64,000 nt of DNA, from assembly GCA_951406725.2 (NCBI GenBank), contig OX597816.1:81406001-81470000 (forward strand), in the 5' to 3' direction. Position numbers and translations under genes: made by a program. Below the pieces are notes generated by a model. The model was not told the origin of the DNA, did not search any database, and saw only the letters and a list, made by a program, of their open reading frames with translations. Origin of the DNA: Octopus vulgaris (taxonomy: Eukaryota). Position 1 is the first letter of the stretch. Each line of letters opens with the position of its first letter. Below, in pieces: positions 26,400-39,592 of the stretch.

Positions 26400-27163
26400 C
26401 AAACGATCATTGTTCCATCACAAAAAATATAATCAAAGGAATGGCGGTCTTGTCTTTGCGTTTCCCAGGAGTCAGATTGATCTCAAAGCTCTTCAGTGAG
26501 GCTTTGAGTGTTTCCTTGAAGTGCTTTTTTCTGTCCACTTTACGTGCGCTCGCTTTCCACCAGTTCACTCTAAAACAGTCTCTTGGAGAGTCGCGTGTTA
26601 AGTATTCGAACAAGGTGGCCTGATCCTTTGTCCCTCTAATATCCCGCCAGTCCCCTGTCCTGACAATGTTGCAGTCAATTAGATGCCAATGTTTGCTACG
26701 AGGATGCATCGAGGACGTCTTTTGTGGTTGGGCAGGCGAAACACTGTGCTGCACTGGTCTTCAGCAGCAGATGATCTGTGTTGTTGCTCTTGCTAACTCC
26801 GTTTCTCCCAATGACTCCCTCCTGTATCTTGTAGTCGATGAAGTCGCCGAGAACGACGAACTTGTCCTCCTTAGGCACAGCTACTATATGAGTGCTTCCA
26901 AGTCTTCTTAAAATTTACCTTTGACTTCTTCGGGTTAGTCATGTTGGGGGCGTAAGCACTGATGATTGCTGAATGGCGCTTTTCTCTAAGAGGAAGCCGT
27001 AGAGACGTGGGTCTGTCATTCAGTCCTTTGGAGAGTCTAGCTAGCTTGCTTTTCAGACTAGATCCGATGGCAAAACCCACTCCTACTTCACGACGTTCGT
27101 CGGTACTGCAGCCACTCAAGAAGAAGGTATAACTGGCTTTGACCTCTGTCAGCTGACCTGTAT

Positions 27164-27165
<2 letters not shown>
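26400..27165 (-). mobile_element. RTE LINE remnant: endonuclease N-terminus fused to the C-terminus by an internal deletion
   Basis: YTFFLSG..GVGFAI, IISAYAP, DKFVVLGDF, HPRSKHWHLID followed directly by RKKHFKETLKASLK. Confidence 0.8.
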
Positions 27166-27211
<46 letters not shown>

Positions 27212-27214
<3 letters not shown>

Positions 27215-27360
27215 ACTCATTTTTGCCAGCTGAGTGAACTGGAGCAACGTGAAATGAAGTGTTTTGCTCAAGAACACAACGCGTCGCCCGGTCCAGCAAT
27301 TGAACCACAATCTTACAATCATGATGCTGACACCCTAACCACTAAGCCACGCACCTCCAC
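27212..27360 (-). mobile_element. SINE 5' head
   Basis: Reverse strand gtggcttagtggttagggtgtcagc...ggttcaattgc...gtgttcttgagcaaaacac, same family as 13530. Confidence 0.7.
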
Positions 27361-27405
27361 ATGTGTGTGTGTGTGTGTGTGTGTTTGTATGTATGTATGT
27401 ATACA

Positions 27406-27458
<53 letters not shown>

Positions 27459-27529
27459 ATTTATTTGGAATTACATGTATAGATCAAAACAGTTTGATTC
27501 AAATTCTTTGGTACTCCGAGTTTCAATCG

Positions 27530-27820
27530 TGAGGATGCATGGCCTAATAATTAGGGTGTTGCACTCACTATCGCGATATTGTGATTTCAATTCCTATACT
27601 GAGTTGTGTTCCTGAGCAAAAACGCTTCATCTCATGTTGCTCTGTGATCACTACGAAACCTAATGCGTAGTATGCAGTGCACCCGTTCAGGCAACGTCAA
27701 TTTGATGGAGGGAGTAAGCTAATGTACAGTACACACATTTCATCACTATAAACAAATCAATCGTGCAGGTTGTTCGGCAAAAACTGAACACTCACACGTC
27801 GTCTTCGACAGGAGAGTCCA
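27530..27820 (+). mobile_element. tRNA-derived SINE
   Basis: Degenerate A/B boxes followed by gttgtgttcctgagcaaaa; ends before (TACA)n at 27842-27985. Confidence 0.6.
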
Positions 27821-28059
27821 TTATTCATTCATTTATTTGTTCATACATACATACATACATACATACATACATACATACATACATACATACATACATACAT
27901 ACATACATACATACATACATACATACATACATACATACATACATACATACATACATACATACATACATACATACATACATACATAGTAGTGGGGAAGGAG
28001 AGGGTGAGTGAGAGAGATCCATATTTCAATGTATGTAAGTATGCAATAACAGGTTGTAC

Positions 28060-28478
28060 ATGAAGGCGGCGAGCTGGCAGAAATGTTAGCACGCCGGGCG
28101 AAATGCTTAGCTGTATTTCGTCTGCGTTACGTTGTGAGTTCAAATTCCGCCGAGGTCGATTTGCCTTTCATCCTTTCGGGGTCGATAAATTAAGTACCAG
28201 TTACGCACTGGGGTTGATGTAATCGACTTAATACCTATGTCTGTCCTTGTTTGTCCCCTCTGTGTTTAGCCCCTTGTGGGTAATAAAGAAATAGGTATTT
28301 CGTCTGTCGTTATGTTCTGAGTTCAAATTCCGCCGAGATCGACTTTGCCTTTCACCCTTTCGGGGTCGATAAATAAAGTACCAGTAGTGCACTGGGGTCG
28401 ATGTAATCGATTCGATCCCTTTGTCTGTCCTTGTTTGTCCCTTCTAACGTTTAGACCCTTGCGTGTAGTAAAGAAAAA
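28060..28478 (+). mobile_element. SINE with an internal ~180-bp duplication
   Basis: gagttcaaattccgccgag(g/a)tcga..ttgcctttca.cctttcggggtcgataaat at about 28136 and about 28319. Confidence 0.78.
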
Positions 28479-28529
28479 TATGTTTTATACCTATCTTACC
28501 TGTACGCAATGTTAGTTACGCATACAAAC

Positions 28530-29038
28530 AATTCATTTTTTTTTTTTTCGTTGTTGGATTTGGTTTGCAAGATTCTTTATGTGAGTTCGTGTGTTGAAGC
28601 ATATTCTGTTGTGTCTGGGGAGAGTCATTTACTTTTTGTGCCTTATAATTTAACACACTCACCGGTAAAATTTTCACTTATCCCTTATTTTTATTTTCCT
28701 AAAATTTTCGTTGCGTCTTGCAACCTTTTCAATAGTCTTGACATATATATATTTATATATATGTAGTGGATCTTGCATGCATGAAGCGGATTCAGTCCAC
28801 CATAGCCAAATTTAAATTAACACTGCAACAGAACTTTTCCCACGGTGGAACAATAATTGTAACGATAAAGTTTTTAGTTGAAGTCGAGTGTCACTAGTTG
28901 TAGCGGAAGAAATTGATTTATAAACAAGACGCAACGAAATTTTTAGGAAAATAAAAATAAGGAATAAGAGGAAATTTTACCGGTGAGTGTGTTAAATTAT
29001 AAGGCACAAAAAGAAAATGATTCTCTCCAGACACAACA
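28530..29038. mobile_element. TA-associated inverted-repeat element (Penelope pLTR-like)
   Basis: 28607-28720 is the reverse complement of 28925-29038; (TA)n at 28742-28762; TTGAAAA-hairpin-GAAA on the minus strand. Confidence 0.6.
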
Positions 29039-29159
29039 AACAATTCATTGTTAACGTCTAAAAAACGAGTAGAAGTTGAAACGTCCAAGGGAAATAATTA
29101 ATGTTATCTCCCTTGTATAGCTACGTTATGTTGCGTGGGTTTCAATTGAACTACGTTTT

Positions 29160-29375
29160 ACCTTTTACTTGTATCAGTCATGAGACTGATGCCATGCTGG
29201 GGCAACGCCTTGAAGAATTTTTAGTCGAATGATTCGACCCCAGCACTTTTATTTTAAAGCCTGATACTTATTCTATCGCTGTCTTTTGCCGAACCACTAG
29301 ATTACAGGGAGGTAAACACATCAATCGTGAAGCGGTGGTGGGGGAGACAAACACACATACACACGCACACACATA
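29160..29375 (-). mobile_element. SINE 3' part, followed by (GATA)n at 29377-29453
   Basis: tcagtcat..gact..gccatgctggggca.cgcc 3' motif and tcttttgccgaacc body, as in 38690-38850. Confidence 0.72.
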
Positions 29376-29376
29376 C

Positions 29377-29453
<77 letters not shown>

Positions 29454-31029
29454 CAGTTGCGGCCAAAATGTTCAGAACGGCATTGTTTTCGTCAGAAAAG
29501 TAAGTATAAGTTTTTATCAAAGTAGTTTTATATTCTATAATTTTCACAGACAATAAATACAATGTTAATTGTTATTGTCTGAGATTTTGGTGTACTTTGA
29601 GAGGATAATACAAAACTTATGGATGATTTAGTGATTTACTGCAAAACCCATGGCGGCCAAAATGATCAGAACGGTTGAGAAAATAACAAAATAATCAAAA
29701 ATGACAGAGAATACTGGAATTATTTAATATTTAGTGTGAAGCCCTTTAGCTTCAATCACACTCTGACATCTTTGACTGCATGAGGAAATTAAATTTTCAA
29801 TTTCTTGCTAGGTGATCTTATTCCATTCTCCCTAAAGGGAATTCCATAATTGCTCAGTTGTTTTAGGATTTCTGGCTTTCGAACGTTCTCCTAGAATATT
29901 CCACACATTTTCAATAGGATTGAGATCTGGGCTTTGAGCAGGCCAGTCCATAACAATAACCTTTTCAGCCTTGAGGAAGTTCATGACCACCTTAGCCTTG
30001 TAACATGAGGCATTGTCCTGCATGAATATGGGTGGTCGCTTAGTTGAATTTCTCAGCACAGGCAAGACATGATCTTTTACAAGTTGTTTATAAACTCCTG
30101 CATTTAACTTTCCATGTAATCGCACCAAAGGGCCCACACCATCTCCAGATATCATTCCCCAAACCATGACACTTCCTCCACCGAATTTAACACTAGTCTT
30201 AAGGCATTTAGGCTACAATTTTTCACCTACTTTTCTACCATCTGAGCCAAATAGCATAAACTTAGATTCATCACTGAAATACACCGTTTGCCATTTTGCT
30301 TGAGACCACAACACATGTTCGGTGGCAAAGGTAAGACGACACTTTTTATTCTTGGAGCTGATCAGTGGCTTCACTGTAGGTGTTCTTGCTTGTAGGTCAT
30401 GTTCAACTAAACGACGAGACACAGTTTTTCGAGATAAAGTTTTCTTCAATACAATGCTCATTTTCTGAGAAACAGCAGCAGCAGTTTTAAATCTGTCCTT
30501 TTTAACCAACTTTACCATAGCACGATCTTCTCTCTTGGTCGTTTTTCTTGACCTACCTGTAAACTTTCTTACCACATTCATCGTAGACCATAAGAATACC
30601 ATGTACAACACTTTTTGACTTGTTAACAATCTTTGCAATAGATCCAATACTTAAATTATCCTTCCTTCGAAGCTTAATAATCTGCTGACGAATTGGTAAC
30701 GGAGTAAGTGGCATTATATTAACAAAGTACACTGCAAATATTCTTACTAATGTTTAGTAAACGAACCGTCACGTAAACAAATTCAAAACATTAGAGTTCG
30801 CCGGTTAAATATACTAAAACACGGAGTAAAAGCAACCGTTCTGATCATTTTGGTCGCCATGGGTTTTGCAGTAAATCACTAAATCATCCATAACTTTTGT
30901 ATTATCCTCTCAAATTGCACCAAAATCTCAGGCAATAACAAATAATATTGTATTTATTGTCTTTGATAAAAAATTATATCTACTTTTCTGACGAAAACAA
31001 TACCGTTCTGAACATTTTGGCCGCCACTG
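29454..31029 (-). mobile_element. Tc1-family IR/DR transposon with a defective DD34E transposase (about 30714->29724)
   Basis: Ends CAGT(T/G)GCGGCCAAAATGTTCAGAACGG, TA TSD (29452-29453, 31030-31031), about 220-bp TIRs with inner direct repeats at about 29652 and 30836; FSDESKF, MQDNA, SPDLNPIENVW, GLHTKY* motifs. Confidence 0.93.
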
Positions 31030-31116
31030 TATATTAAACATGGAGAAGGCTTTCCACAGGTAATTTTTGAACCTGCAACAATTTCAGTAACAGTAACATG
31101 AAGAAACTATAGAGTT

Positions 31117-32326
31117 ATGAACGATAAGAAAGCAAAAACACTCTTACCAGTGATTATTGTTTTATTCTTCATGATGCTATTTGGTTTTATTGGTAATTGT
31201 TTTGTCGTCTATATTCATCCGCTCAAATCAAAATACTCACCATCCGGTTTGCTTGTGATTTTCCTAGGGTGGAGTCAGATTTTGGGCTGCGTGCTTACCA
31301 ATGAATATTTCTATTCTTTTTCATTCGTATAATTTCCCAGATGATATTGTCTGTCGTTTTATGCAGGCTGTCATTTTCATATCGTCTTCTATGACAGGAA
31401 TGATAGTGTTCACAATCGCTGTGGACCTCTTTAAAAAGGTCTGTCGGCCGTTTAAGCCACAGTTTACAAGTCGATATATTAAGAAGATCATCTTCTGCAC
31501 TCTTATAGTATTAACTATACTTATGCTCGCCAACTTTTATGTTGGCGGGACCAGGCAGGTTCCGATACATTATAAAAATCTAAATGATACTACGTGCTCA
31601 CTTTCCGATAAGATTCCTCAATACTTTGCGTTGTTTTTTTGTTTTGTTTTTTTCTTTTCTTTTCTGTAACATGTTAATAGTATTCGCAATATTGGTGTTT
31701 GTGTTCGTGATGATCTATTCTTCCGTTATTAAACTGAGACACTATGATAAAAATAGGAAAATGCTATTCGACTTTCTAAAACCATCAGTTTTGACAATTG
31801 AAAAATCCTCGATGAATGCTGGCTCAGAAGAACCAGAAACCCAAAAGAAAGTGACAGAATCTAATTCGCAAGTGAATCAAAAACAGAGATATTATCTCAT
31901 AACACGAATCGCACTCAATTTGTTTTTTATTACTCTGTCATGTAAACAAATTCAAAACATTAGAGTTCGCCGGTTAAATATACTAAAACACGGAGTAAAA
32001 GCAACCGTTCTGATCATTTTGGTCGCCATGGGTTTTGCAGTAAATCACTAAATCATCCATAACTTTTGTATTATCCTCTCAAATTGCACCAAATCAGCTA
32101 CATCCTTCATTTCACCCTAACGTTCATAATATCAAAAATGTTTATTATAGAGAAAAATAAGAAATCGCATGAACCCACACTATTCAGCTCATCAATGACT
32201 TATTATTCAAACGATATAACCATCCCAATAATTTACATAGTCTTCAACCCTCCTTTCAGGAGAGATGTTGCTACTTTCTGGAAAAAATATATCTTATGCA
32301 AAAGATTTAATAAACTTGACCAATAA
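31117..32326 (+). pseudogene. Class A GPCR paralogue 2, pseudogene
   Basis: Homologous to paralogues 1 and 3 across four ORF pieces; frameshifts near 31295 and in the T-run at 31631-31665; 152-bp Tc1-derived insertion in TM6. Confidence 0.88.
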
Positions 32327-33138
32327 AATTAACTGCATTGTTGTCGTTATGGAGCCCGAAGTCGGTGCGATCTACAGTTCATTGTTTCAGACAAGCATCT
32401 GTCTAGTAGGAAATTATATTGTATATTCATTTATAAAGTGGTTCATCCTATTGGGTGTTATGTAGTTATCCTTACACGGTCTACTTTCTTTGGGAATGCA
32501 TTTAAAGTCTTGTTGTATATAAAGTTAAAGCAATATAAACTGATCGGAGCATTTATAAGTTGTGCATATTCTAGTGTGTTTGGACGAATAAGATTTTATT
32601 CTATGTGTTGATGTTTTATGATTGATTTGAATGATTGGCAGATGCTTTTGTAGGATAGTACTGTAGGAATCTTCTAGATGTAGTGGATATATACTCTGGT
32701 GATGATTATATAAATAGTGACACACACGATGAGTTCAAAGCAAATAATCTTCAAAATTGTTCGCATAACAAGCGTATGTTTATATCTTTCTCCGTGTGTG
32801 CGTGCGTATCGGGCGTGCGTATCGGGCGTGCGTATCGGGCGTGCGTATCGGGCGTGCGAGCGGGCGGGCGGGCGTGTGTGGTTAACTTGTGGTGCCAAGT
32901 TTAATTCTTTCAGAGGATAAAAATCTAATATAGATTAACGCTCATCTCTCATCCACTTGCTATAAAAACTGGAGGTAAGCAGCAAGAATTGTGGATTAAT
33001 TGGTTTCAGATAAATAAAAGCAGGCAATAGATGAACGTAATAAATTTACGAACATTTGGTCAGTAAAACTCCTTTGATTTCAAATTATATAAACTTGTGC
33101 TTTTGTAAACATCCTCTTTATACATTTTTATAGAAAAG

Positions 33139-33499
33139 ACTAGCTTAAGGTGACCCGCTCTACGCGCGGATAAGAATGTGGTTGTTACTTTCTGTTGCTT
33201 CCTTTCAGCACGTAAAAAGCACCATCCGAACGTGGCCGATGGCAGTGCCGCCTTACTGGCTTCTGTGCCGGTGGCACGTAAAATGCACCAACCGATCGTG
33301 GCCGCTGCCAGCCCCCCTGGCACCTATGCCGGCGGCACGAAAAAAGCACACACTACACTCACAAAGTGGTTGGCGTTAGGAAGGGCATCCAGCTGTAGAA
33401 ACACTGCCAGATCAGACTGGAGCCTGGTGTAGCCTCCTGGCTTCCCAGACCCCGGTCAAACTGTCCAACCCGTGCTAGCACGGAAAACGGACGTTAAAC

Positions 33500-33536
<37 letters not shown>

Positions 33537-34200
33537 CTCCCTCTTTGTTTCTCTCTCCTTTCTCTCTCACTTTCCCACTCTCTTACTTTTCTTTTCTCTC
33601 AGACTCTCCCTCGCTTTCTCTTACTCTCTATCTTTATATATCTATCTCCCATTTATAAACAACAAAAGATCTTGAGTAAGTTGAAAAATAAAATATTTTG
33701 AAAGATCAATCATAAATATCAGGCAGTGACAACGGAAAGGTCTGCTTCAAGGCAGACAGCAAAACACTAACATTTAAAAGGGACAGACGAACTTGCGAGC
33801 TGAATAAAAATAATAAAATATTGGAAACCAAAGTTTGAAGGGATAGAATCTGGAGATAGTAGATTCACCATAGCTGGCATTTCTTAACGACGGACAGCAA
33901 CGTATTGACAGTTTAACGGCTGGCGTAAAATTTTGAATTTGATGTAAAAGAGAATTCCTAAACACCCGCTCCTGTAAATTTTAATCACCTTCCAGCCCCA
34001 TTTAGACCCTTTTTCACATTTTGGTTAATATAACCCGATTTCATTCGGATCTACTGGGGCCACATTTTATAAGATGAGGAATTTTCGTCCTAGTGGTCAC
34101 GCCTTTCATTTGAGGAAAAAATAGTTGTCATGCAAACTCGCCAGCACTTTTAACATAGGTGTGCATATTTTCAGCTCAACCGACCACATAATGCACACAT

Positions 34201-34267
<67 letters not shown>

Positions 34268-34300
34268 ACGAATTATATATACAAATGTATACAAATTATA

Positions 34301-34365
<65 letters not shown>

Positions 34366-35048
34366 CACTAATAGGCAAATCAAACAGTGAAAAACATAAA
34401 CCAAAACATAAAAATAAAAATATAATATACAAAATATATAAAATATAAAATTGAAAAATTTAAATTATTTAAATTTAAAATTAAAATAATTAATTTATAT
34501 TTATAATTTTTTAAATATATATAACTATCAAAAAGTATTAAAAAGTTTAATATACATAAATACAGATATATACACTTTGTATATATACATTATATATACA
34601 TATTTATATATAGAACATACACACACACACATATAAATTAACGCAATAAATATCTGATTCATAATATTTGTTCTCATGATTGTGTGTTGGTTGTGGCGAT
34701 GATAATTCTCTCTATGAATGCAGACAGACGTAGAGAGAGAGAGAGTGTGAAAGCGCTGTCGAAGGCGGGGAGGGGGGAGATATAGAACGCTGTGAAACGA
34801 CGTTATAAAGAGAAAGTGAAGGGGAAGTAGACTGTGAAACGACGTTATAGATGGAAAGTGATGGGAAGGGAGGAAAGAGAGTGAGTGATGGAGGAAGACA
34901 GATACATAAAAGAATGAGAGTAGACTTGTCAAAGTACGTTTTTGGAGTCAATCCGACGGGATCTAGTGGCCTTTAACCTGTTCTCAATGCCAAAACCAGA
35001 CAAACAAACAAACAAACTTTTCGCATTTCAGAATTATAATATAGAGAT
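33139..35048 (+). mobile_element. Helitron/Helentron-like non-autonomous element with nested SINE and microsatellites
   Basis: Starts ACTAGCttaaggtgaCCCGCtctacGCGCGG; ends (ACAA)n ...cagaattataatatagagat like 25410 and 50741. Confidence 0.45.
33185..33534 (+). mobile_element. SINE-like element with (GAT)n tail
   Basis: GC-rich body ending ...cggacgttaaacGATGATGAT x11. Confidence 0.7.
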
Positions 35049-35420
35049 CAATAAAGTGTATATCAGTAATGCATAATGCGTAAAAGATCTATGCAACTTA
35101 ACATTGAGCAAAATAACTATATATTACAATAGTCATGAGTTCATACCAATCGTAAGTTTAATTTCTATTTCGTAGTTTAGCCGAAGTTCAGTCGTGGCCT
35201 TCCAGTCTTTTAATTTTTAGAGACAACGTACTTAGGAACACATTATCTAAGGAGTCCTTCCTTTTATAAGACGGTATGGTGTGGTTTGTGAAATGGTTAG
35301 ATTTGGTGGGAAGGGACAATTTTCATGGATCTGGATAGTATTTCGTTAATAGCAGTAGAGGTGGGCCTGTTATCTAGTGGACCTTTACATCCTGATTGGA
35401 ATTCTTGAGGCCAGGCATTT

Positions 35421-37034
35421 TCAAGTACTAGCACCTACAGTTGTGTGGTAGAAGAGACAGATGTGGTCGGAGCTGAAATCTTCGCAGAGCAGCTTGAACT
35501 GCCGAGTATACAGATCCGACGTTTTGACGAAATTCACGATTCTGATAACTCGGTCCAAGCATGATAAAGACTTCGGAGGGAGCACCGAGGACAAAAGTCG
35601 AATCTGTGTATGAAACAATGGACAGAGGTGGCGTTTGGTAATACAGCTTTCACATGGCCTTGAAAACCTGACTTTCGACCGACCATAGATGGAGCCCCGT
35701 CTATCCTGCATCCGACCAACTTTCCCCAATTCCAGTTCATTCTGCTTGAAGAAATTGTCCAAAATGTCAAAAATATATTTTCCTTTCGTTGTACTGGACA
35801 GCTCCTGGCTCAACAGTAGCTCAGACTTCACAGCATTATTCTGCGTGAAGCGGATGTAGGCAAGTAGTTGACAGCAGTTGGTGACGTCTGTCGATCCGTC
35901 GAGTTGAATAGCAAACCCAATACTTTGAGGCTCTCACTCCCTCAATCACTTGGTCGGTAATGTCGACCGACATCTCCTCAATACGGCGCTGTACAGTGTT
36001 GTTAGAAACAGAAATACTCTCCAACTTCGCCGTCGCCTTCTCTCCAATCACGTGCCTGACCAAGATCCTTGCCGCTTGTATAATGAGAAACTTTGCAATG
36101 GTATGCGCCTTCATTATTTTTGGCCACCAGGAGAGCAACTTCGTAGGATGCTTTCACAATTCCTACCTTCTTCTGGTAGATCTGGCTACTCTTGTCTATG
36201 CGCTGCCACTTTACGTTCTCGCTAAGTTGCTGGAAGTAATTCTTATCTCGGTCCTTCTTGTCCACGTGTTTCGTCTCAAGATGACGTTTGAGCAGGCTGG
36301 GTTTCATGGCCGCATCGGAAAGGGACTTCATACGGACTAAACATTGCGGGGGAGCTTCTCCTCCACGTTCGATTGCAATGAAGCAATATTTATGTACGCA
36401 AGGTTATAGTTTCGCTTCGGCATGTTATCAAATCCTGTGGAAAAGTAAAAAAAAAAAAGTTAATCACTCAAGAAATATAGAAATAAAAAAATATACAAAA
36501 TAATATTAATTATTTTTCTACTATAGGCACAAAGCCCGAAATTTTGGGGGACGGGGCCAGTCGATTAGATCGACCCCGGGACGCAACTGAAGGCAAAGTC
36601 GACCTCGGTGGAATTTGAACTCAGAACGTAAAGACAAACGAAATGCCGCTAAGCATTTCGCCCAGTGTTCTAAAGTTTCTGCCTGCTCGCCGCCTTTTGT
36701 GAAGAAAATATTAACTTGCAACTGTCATTTATTAATGAGCTCAAAGCGTATTTTATACGCGCGTTCCCCTCAAGGTCACACATAGCGTCACGCCATACTC
36801 AAGATCATGCGCATTGGCTGGACGGTGCTGATCGCTGTACAGAGAGCGAATAAAAAGTAACCAATAGTATGCCAGTAATCGAAAAGTACTGCTTACTGGT
36901 TGATTGATTTGGAAAGCATTAATCACATGCTGGCCGAATATTGGAAAAAGCACAAACTAAAAATCGCATATTACCCTGAAAGTGCTCGTGTACCACCTGG
37001 AAAGCCCTCGCGTACCACAGGTTGAGAACCACTG
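35421..37034 (-). mobile_element. hAT (Buster/Charlie-like) transposon, 3'-truncated, frameshifted transposase from about 36423
   Basis: Terminus CAGTGGTTCTCAACCTGTGG at 37034; BED-finger remnant PQC..MKPSLLKRHLETKH, SNNTVQRRIEEMS, DGAPSMVG, HCFIHR; acceptor ttttccacAG just upstream of the ATG. Confidence 0.88.
36520..36695 (-). mobile_element. SINE nested in the hAT 5' region
   Basis: Reverse copy of the 28060 family. Confidence 0.72.
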
Positions 37035-38129
37035 GTTTAAAGGGTTTCCCAAGAATAAAACAGTTGGGAGATGCTACACAAGATTTTCCCCCATTCCTCT
37101 GATTTATTTTATTTTATTCCTGATAAATACCTACTGTTATGAGTATACATAGAAAATGTAACTGAAACAATTCCCTTTTTATTATGATGTGCTCCATTCT
37201 TGGTTTCAATAATTGTATGTAGAGTAGTCAATATGCTAAGCACCGAACTAAATGACTTTCAAGATTCCACAGCTCGGCATTCTCACCTAAAAAGTAAATC
37301 TTTATTTTTTACTCAAAGGTACCAATAATCCTTTCTACTATAAGCACAATGCCAGCAATTTTGCGGGAAGGTATAAGTCGATAACATCGACCCCAGTGCT
37401 CAACTGACACTTATTTTGACCCTGAAATGAGGAAAGGCAAAGTTGATCTAAATGAAATTTTAACTCAGAACGTAAAAATGGACGAAATGCCGCTACACAT
37501 CTTGTCCAGCGATTCTACCAAGTCACCGCTATAGAGACATCAATTATAAAAAGAATCTTTTTTGTGCTAGTTAACAACCTATTGATGTCACCAAACGCTC
37601 GCTCGCATGCCTCGAATATTTTGCCAACGATTGCTGACTTGACGTTGTTTTGGCGTCCCTTCGTCTAAATTTTAAACTCTATCTAATTCTAGTCTTTATT
37701 GTTTACTCAGGTTCATACATAATTAAAAAGGAAAAGAGGAAATTCTTTGCGAACAAATTAAAATATATTTTCGTATTTATTAACACAAACGATGAAGCAC
37801 TAGGTAAAATTGTGTTGATATTCCAGACTGAATTTAGAAACGAAAATTTTTCTTTGCAGGAAAATTGTTTTCTGACCGAAAGAATCAAACATTTTATGAG
37901 GCCCAAAATTTCAGTAAAATATCACGCACGGATTAAACGACTCGTCAGTTACCTAACATATACTATCAAGTAAATCGAGGTGCAAAACTTTCAGATAAAC
38001 AGAAGTGTAAGGATATCAGACAATGAAAGCAACTCCAAGGACATAAAGAAATTTACTTGGTACGTTTTTGTTATTCTTATATAGATGCATACATACATAC
38101 ATACATACATACATACATACATACATACA

Positions 38130-38165
<36 letters not shown>

Positions 38166-38169
38166 TATA

Positions 38170-38528
38170 TATAAACTTCCTTCTCAACCACATGGTTCCG
38201 GGTTCAGTCCCACTGCGTGGCAACTTGGGCAAGTGTCTTCTACTATAGCCTTGGGCCAACCAAAGACGGAAAATGAAAGAAGACCACCTTATATATATGT
38301 ATGTGTGTGTGTGCATGTGCATGTGTTTTTGTGCATCTGCCTTTGTACCCCCACCATCGCTGGACAACCGATGTCGGTGTGTTTACGTCGTTATAACTTA
38401 GTAGTTCGGCAAAAAAACGATAAAATAAGTACTAGGCTTACAAAGAATAAGTTCTGGGGTCGATTTGTTCGACTAAAGGCGGTGCTCCAGCATCGCCGCA
38501 GTCAAATGACAGAAACAAGTAAAAGAGA
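38170..38528 (+). mobile_element. tRNA-derived SINE
   Basis: Head caaccacatggttccgggttcagtccc; 3' end ggcggtgctccagcat..ccgcagtcaaatgacagaaacaag. Confidence 0.82.
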
Positions 38529-38535
38529 TATATAT

Positions 38536-38625
<90 letters not shown>

Positions 38626-38680
38626 TGTGTATGTATGTATGTATGTATGTATGTATGTATGTATGTATGTATATACATAT

Positions 38681-38850
38681 ACTCTTTACTCTTACTCTTA
38701 CTTGTTTCAGTCATTTGACTGCGGCCATGCTGGAGCACCGCCTTTAGTTGGGCAAATCGACCCCGGGACTTATTCTTTGTAAGCCCAGTACTTATTCTAT
38801 CGGTCTCTTTTGCCGAACCGCTAAGTGACGGGGACGTAAACACACCAGCA
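38681..38850 (-). mobile_element. SINE 3' half, inverted relative to 38375-38525
   Basis: cttgtttcagtcatttgactgcggccatgctggagcaccgcc. Confidence 0.8.
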
Positions 38851-39004
38851 TATATATATATATATTTCTGCAATATATGGTTAGTTTATATATATGTGTG
38901 TGTGTGTGTGTGCATATATATATATATATATATATACCCCCACGTGTATATAAATATAAACAAACATTTGTTTTTTTACAAGCGCCGAAATGTGTATTGC
39001 TGGC

Positions 39005-39078
39005 GGGCTGTTTAGCTTAATGGTAAAGCACTTGGCCAGTGTTTTCAAGAGACGTGGGTTCCAATCCCATGGCTGTTT
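39005..39078 (+). pseudogene. tRNA-like sequence (pseudo-tRNA or SINE head)
   Basis: A box TAGCTTAATGGTAAAGC, T-arm GTGGGTTCCAATCCCAT; poor acceptor stem and enlarged anticodon loop. Confidence 0.5.
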
Positions 39079-39592
39079 GTTGACAAATTTTTCCGCTTTG
39101 TAAGTGTAATTTACTCAATGTTTCTGCTGCTCTAACAGCATCTCTGCTTTCGAAAATAACTTATCGTATATATATATATATTACATACATACATATAAGT
39201 ATTATTACAGTTTAACCTCACATTTGACATATTCGTTTGAGACCGAACAATTTCGTTTTTTTACACTAACATATTCTATTCTGTTCTTTCGCTATACGCC
39301 CTCCTACAATTAGTACATAGCCTCATTACCCTCTCGACCTATTAGATATAGCATCGAAATCAATTAACTTTTACTTTCTAACGCGGCTAACTTTGAAGGT
39401 GAACTTTGTTTCCCCTGTGGTTTTTAATGTATTTTGGACAAATCTGATCAGTTGGTCATCGCTCGTTCTTTAGGTAATTATCAGACGGTACAATAGTAAA
39501 AATATGCTGGAAAGTTACCCATATCAGACTAGCGTCAGAATCTGTATTATACATCGATATAAACGCTAAAGAAAACAGAATTAGACAGCATC

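Noticed and set aside
32802-32853. 13-bp GC-rich tandem repeat (GTGCGTATCGGGC x4) as a regulatory array
   Set aside because: Looks like slippage within a GT/GC microsatellite; no independent support.
39005-39078. Functional tRNA gene
   Set aside because: Acceptor stem is poor and the anticodon loop is irregular; kept only as tRNA-like.
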